64,000 bases of DNA, from assembly GCA_963740315.1 (NCBI GenBank), contig CAVUDP010000002.1:96001-160000 (forward strand), written 5' to 3'. Position numbers and translations under genes: made by a program. The DNA is from an uncultured cyanobacterium (lineage in GTDB: Bacteria; Cyanobacteriota; Cyanobacteriia; Cyanobacteriales; Nostocaceae). Under the pieces are notes generated by a model. The model saw only the letters and a list, made by a program, of their open reading frames with translations, had not been told where the DNA came from and made no database searches. Numbering within the stretch: the stretch's first letter is position 1; each line of letters opens with the position of its first letter. This document shows, piece by piece, positions 61,655 to 64,000 of the stretch.

Positions 61655-63484
61655 ATGAACGCTGAAAATCCCGTAAAAACTATATTGGTACTATCAGCGA
61701 ATCCCAAAGGCACAAAACCACTGCGCTTGGATGAGGAAATTCGTGAAATTGAGCAAGGGTTACAAAGATCGAAAAAACGGGACAGTTTTACGTTTAAGTC
61801 GGGACAAGCAGTACGTGACTTCGATATTCACCGCTCTATTTTAGATTACGAACCCCAGATTATTCATTTTTCAGGACATGGTACGGGTGAATCAGGCTTA
61901 GTATTTGAAGATAACATTGGACAACAAAAGCTAGTAGATGCACAAGCATTAGCTGGACTATTTGAATTGTTCGCAGAGCAAATAGAGTGTGTAGTACTCA
62001 ATGCTTGCTATTCCGAAATTCAAGCGGTTGCGATCGCCAAACATATTGATTATGTTATCGGCATGAGTAAGCAAGTTGGAGATGCAGCCGCGATTAAATT
62101 TGCTGTGGGATTTTATGATGCTCTTGGTGCTGGAAAAGATTTTGAATTTGCATATAAACTTGGTTGTGCTGCTATCCGCATGGCTGGAATTCCAGAGCAT
62201 TTGACACCCCAACTGTTGAAAAAACAAGATTTTTCTGAAGAGAATATAGATATTACTCCTTTACCCACTTCACCTTTAAAGGATGCTCGCAATACAACCG
62301 TTATTTCTCCACCTGCATCATCAACTACTCCCCTTGTACCCACACAAGAAAAACCTAATATTGCTCAATATCGTCAAAAAGTTGAAGAATATGCTTCTGA
62401 TGGTGTGATTTCTGAGATCGAATCTCATATATTAAGTAATTTACAGAAAAGACTAGGATTAACGGATGAACAAGCCAGTGAAATCCAAAAAGAAGTATTA
62501 GAACCCTATGAGATTTACAAGCAACAATTTAACAAGAAAGTAGCTCAAGGATATCCACTGAGGGAAAAAGTTAAAGCAGAATTAAAGAAGTTGCAAATCT
62601 ACTACAAGATTAAAGACGAATATATAAATTTACTAAATCAGGAAGCCGAACAAATAATTCAAACACAGCCATTTGAATTTGAGACAGCTACCCTGGGGAA
62701 AAATTTCCAAATTAACCGCAGTCGTGGAAGAGCCGAGTCTTTTCAAGAAGATTTAGGTAATGGTGTATTCTTAGAAATGGTGAAAATCCCTGGTGGTGTT
62801 TTCCTCATGGGTTCCCCGGAAAGTGAGCTAGAACGATACGATAATGAAAGTCCCCAGCACAAAGTCAATATTCAACCCTTCTTCATGGGTAAATTCCAAG
62901 TTACCCAAAAACAGTATGAAGTAATTATGGGTGAAAATCCCTCCTACTTCAAAGGTGAAAAAAAACCTGTGGAAAAAATAACTTGGGATAATGCGGTGGA
63001 GTTTTGTTGTAGGATATCTAAGAGAACTGGAAAAACCTATCGCTTGCCTAGCGAAGCTGAATGGGAATATGCTTGTCGGGCTGGAACGACTACGCCATTC
63101 CACTTTGGTGAAACCATTACAACTGAGCTAGTGAATTACAAAGGGAATTACACCTATGGTTCTGCACCCAAAGGTGAATATCAAGAACAAACCACAGATG
63201 TTGGTAGCTTCCCTGCAAATGCCTTTGGATTGTATGATATGCATGGGAATGTGTTGGAGTGGTGTCAAGATAGTTGGCATGAAAATTATCAAGGAGCGCC
63301 AACTGATGGTACTGCTTGGGTAACTAATGATAATGATAAGAATTATCCTCGGCTGCTGCGTGGCGGTTCCTGGTACTACTTTCCGTTGAACTGCCGTTGT
63401 GCGTTTCGCTACAGGGACGGGCGTGTCGTCAGGTTCAGCGGCATTGGGTTTCGGGTTGTTTTCGTTTCCCCCAAGGCTTCTTAG
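61655..63484 (+). CDS. CHAT domain + FGE-sulfatase protein; putative DGR target
   Basis: SANPK..LRLDEE, IHFSGHG, VLNACYS; RLPSEAEWEYACRAG, GLYDMHGNVLEWC, LLRGGSW...GFRVV. Confidence 0.92.
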   Translation: MNAENPVKTILVLSANPKGTKPLRLDEEIREIEQGLQRSKKRDSFTFKSGQAVRDFDIHRSILDYEPQIIHFSGHGTGESGLVFEDNIGQQKLVDAQALAGLFELFAEQIECVVLNACYSEIQAVAIAKHIDYVIGMSKQVGDAAAIKFAVGFYDALGAGKDFEFAYKLGCAAIRMAGIPEHLTPQLLKKQDFSEENIDITPLPTSPLKDARNTTVISPPASSTTPLVPTQEKPNIAQYRQKVEEYASDGVISEIESHILSNLQKRLGLTDEQASEIQKEVLEPYEIYKQQFNKKVAQGYPLREKVKAELKKLQIYYKIKDEYINLLNQEAEQIIQTQPFEFETATLGKNFQINRSRGRAESFQEDLGNGVFLEMVKIPGGVFLMGSPESELERYDNESPQHKVNIQPFFMGKFQVTQKQYEVIMGENPSYFKGEKKPVEKITWDNAVEFCCRISKRTGKTYRLPSEAEWEYACRAGTTTPFHFGETITTELVNYKGNYTYGSAPKGEYQEQTTDVGSFPANAFGLYDMHGNVLEWCQDSWHENYQGAPTDGTAWVTNDNDKNYPRLLRGGSWYYFPLNCRCAFRYRDGRVVRFSGIGFRVVFVSPKAS

Positions 63485-63512
63485 CCCTTAGTTGTAGGTT
63501 GGGTTGAGCGAT

Positions 63513-64000
63513 TTAAACACCAAGCACTTCTTTAGCAGTTAGCTTCAAATCTGGGAATAATTTTGATTCAATTATTTCGTCTCCCCTGTAAGCTTTTTTA
63601 ATATATTCCGACTCATTATCCAACAAGCAAACGGTTACGGTAGGTTGCTTTGGATTACCTGTAAATTCCTTTCCACCCAAACCTAAATAGTCCAATATCC
63701 AATATTCCGGTATCCCAACACCCGAATATTCACCGTATTTTTTATAATAATCGTCTCTCCAATTTGTACTAACTACTTCTACTACCAAAGGTATGAATTT
63801 TGCGAGAGTAACTGTTGAATAGTCATCCCAGTAAGGTTCGTTGTCTAAGTTATCTAAATTTAGCAGTAATATATCTGGTAGATAAGCAGCTTCACTAAAC
63901 GCAGATTTTATTAAAGCTTTCGATGGGATGCCGTAAGGTAAATTAAGTCTTTTAAATTCCAGCGTCAAATTACCGCTAACTACAGAAACAACAATTTCAT
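63513..64000 (-). CDS. Uma2-family endonuclease (5' end outside window)
   Basis: Frame open to the window edge (EIVVSVVSGNLTLEF); YLPD, LVVEVVSTNWRDDY..K..EY...GIPEYWILD. Confidence 0.88.
   Translation of the reverse strand, partial: EIVVSVVSGNLTLEFKRLNLPYGIPSKALIKSAFSEAAYLPDILLLNLDNLDNEPYWDDYSTVTLAKFIPLVVEVVSTNWRDDYYKKYGEYSGVGIPEYWILDYLGLGGKEFTGNPKQPTVTVCLLDNESEYIKKAYRGDEIIESKLFPDLKLTAKEVLGV

Overview
AT-rich cyanobacterial chromosome segment. Frequent HIP1 GCGATCGC sites, heptamer short tandem repeats and a Rubisco activase suggest a Nostocales (Rivularia/Calothrix-like) strain; the taxon is an inference. Left part: 3' end of rbcS, a secreted heme peroxidase, small accessory genes, and an unusually long Rubisco activase with two RbcS-like domains separated by 11 F[HQR]YP repeats. 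Middle: a DUF2231x2-coxBAC (ARTO-type)-GMC oxidoreductase operon, then two stacked insertions, each bounded by a decayed copy of the 3' end of a cation/H+ antiporter gene. Insertion 1 is a three-gene NRPS cluster (oxalate-CoA-ligase-like A-PCP, ICL/PEP-mutase family lyase, C-A(Ile)-PCP-TE) predicted to make an N-oxalyl amino acid. Insertion 2 is a GC-rich sbtAB pair behind a cmpA stub, next to bicA-nhaS3-antiporter. Right part: a caspase/VMAP/MoxR/vWA-FGE conflict-system operon ending in a DGR-type variable region, followed by avd and a reverse transcriptase truncated after about 38 codons. Further right are a triplicated ~455 bp structured non-coding unit and a second CHAT-FGE putative DGR target. 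All product calls come from motif recognition; no database search was run.
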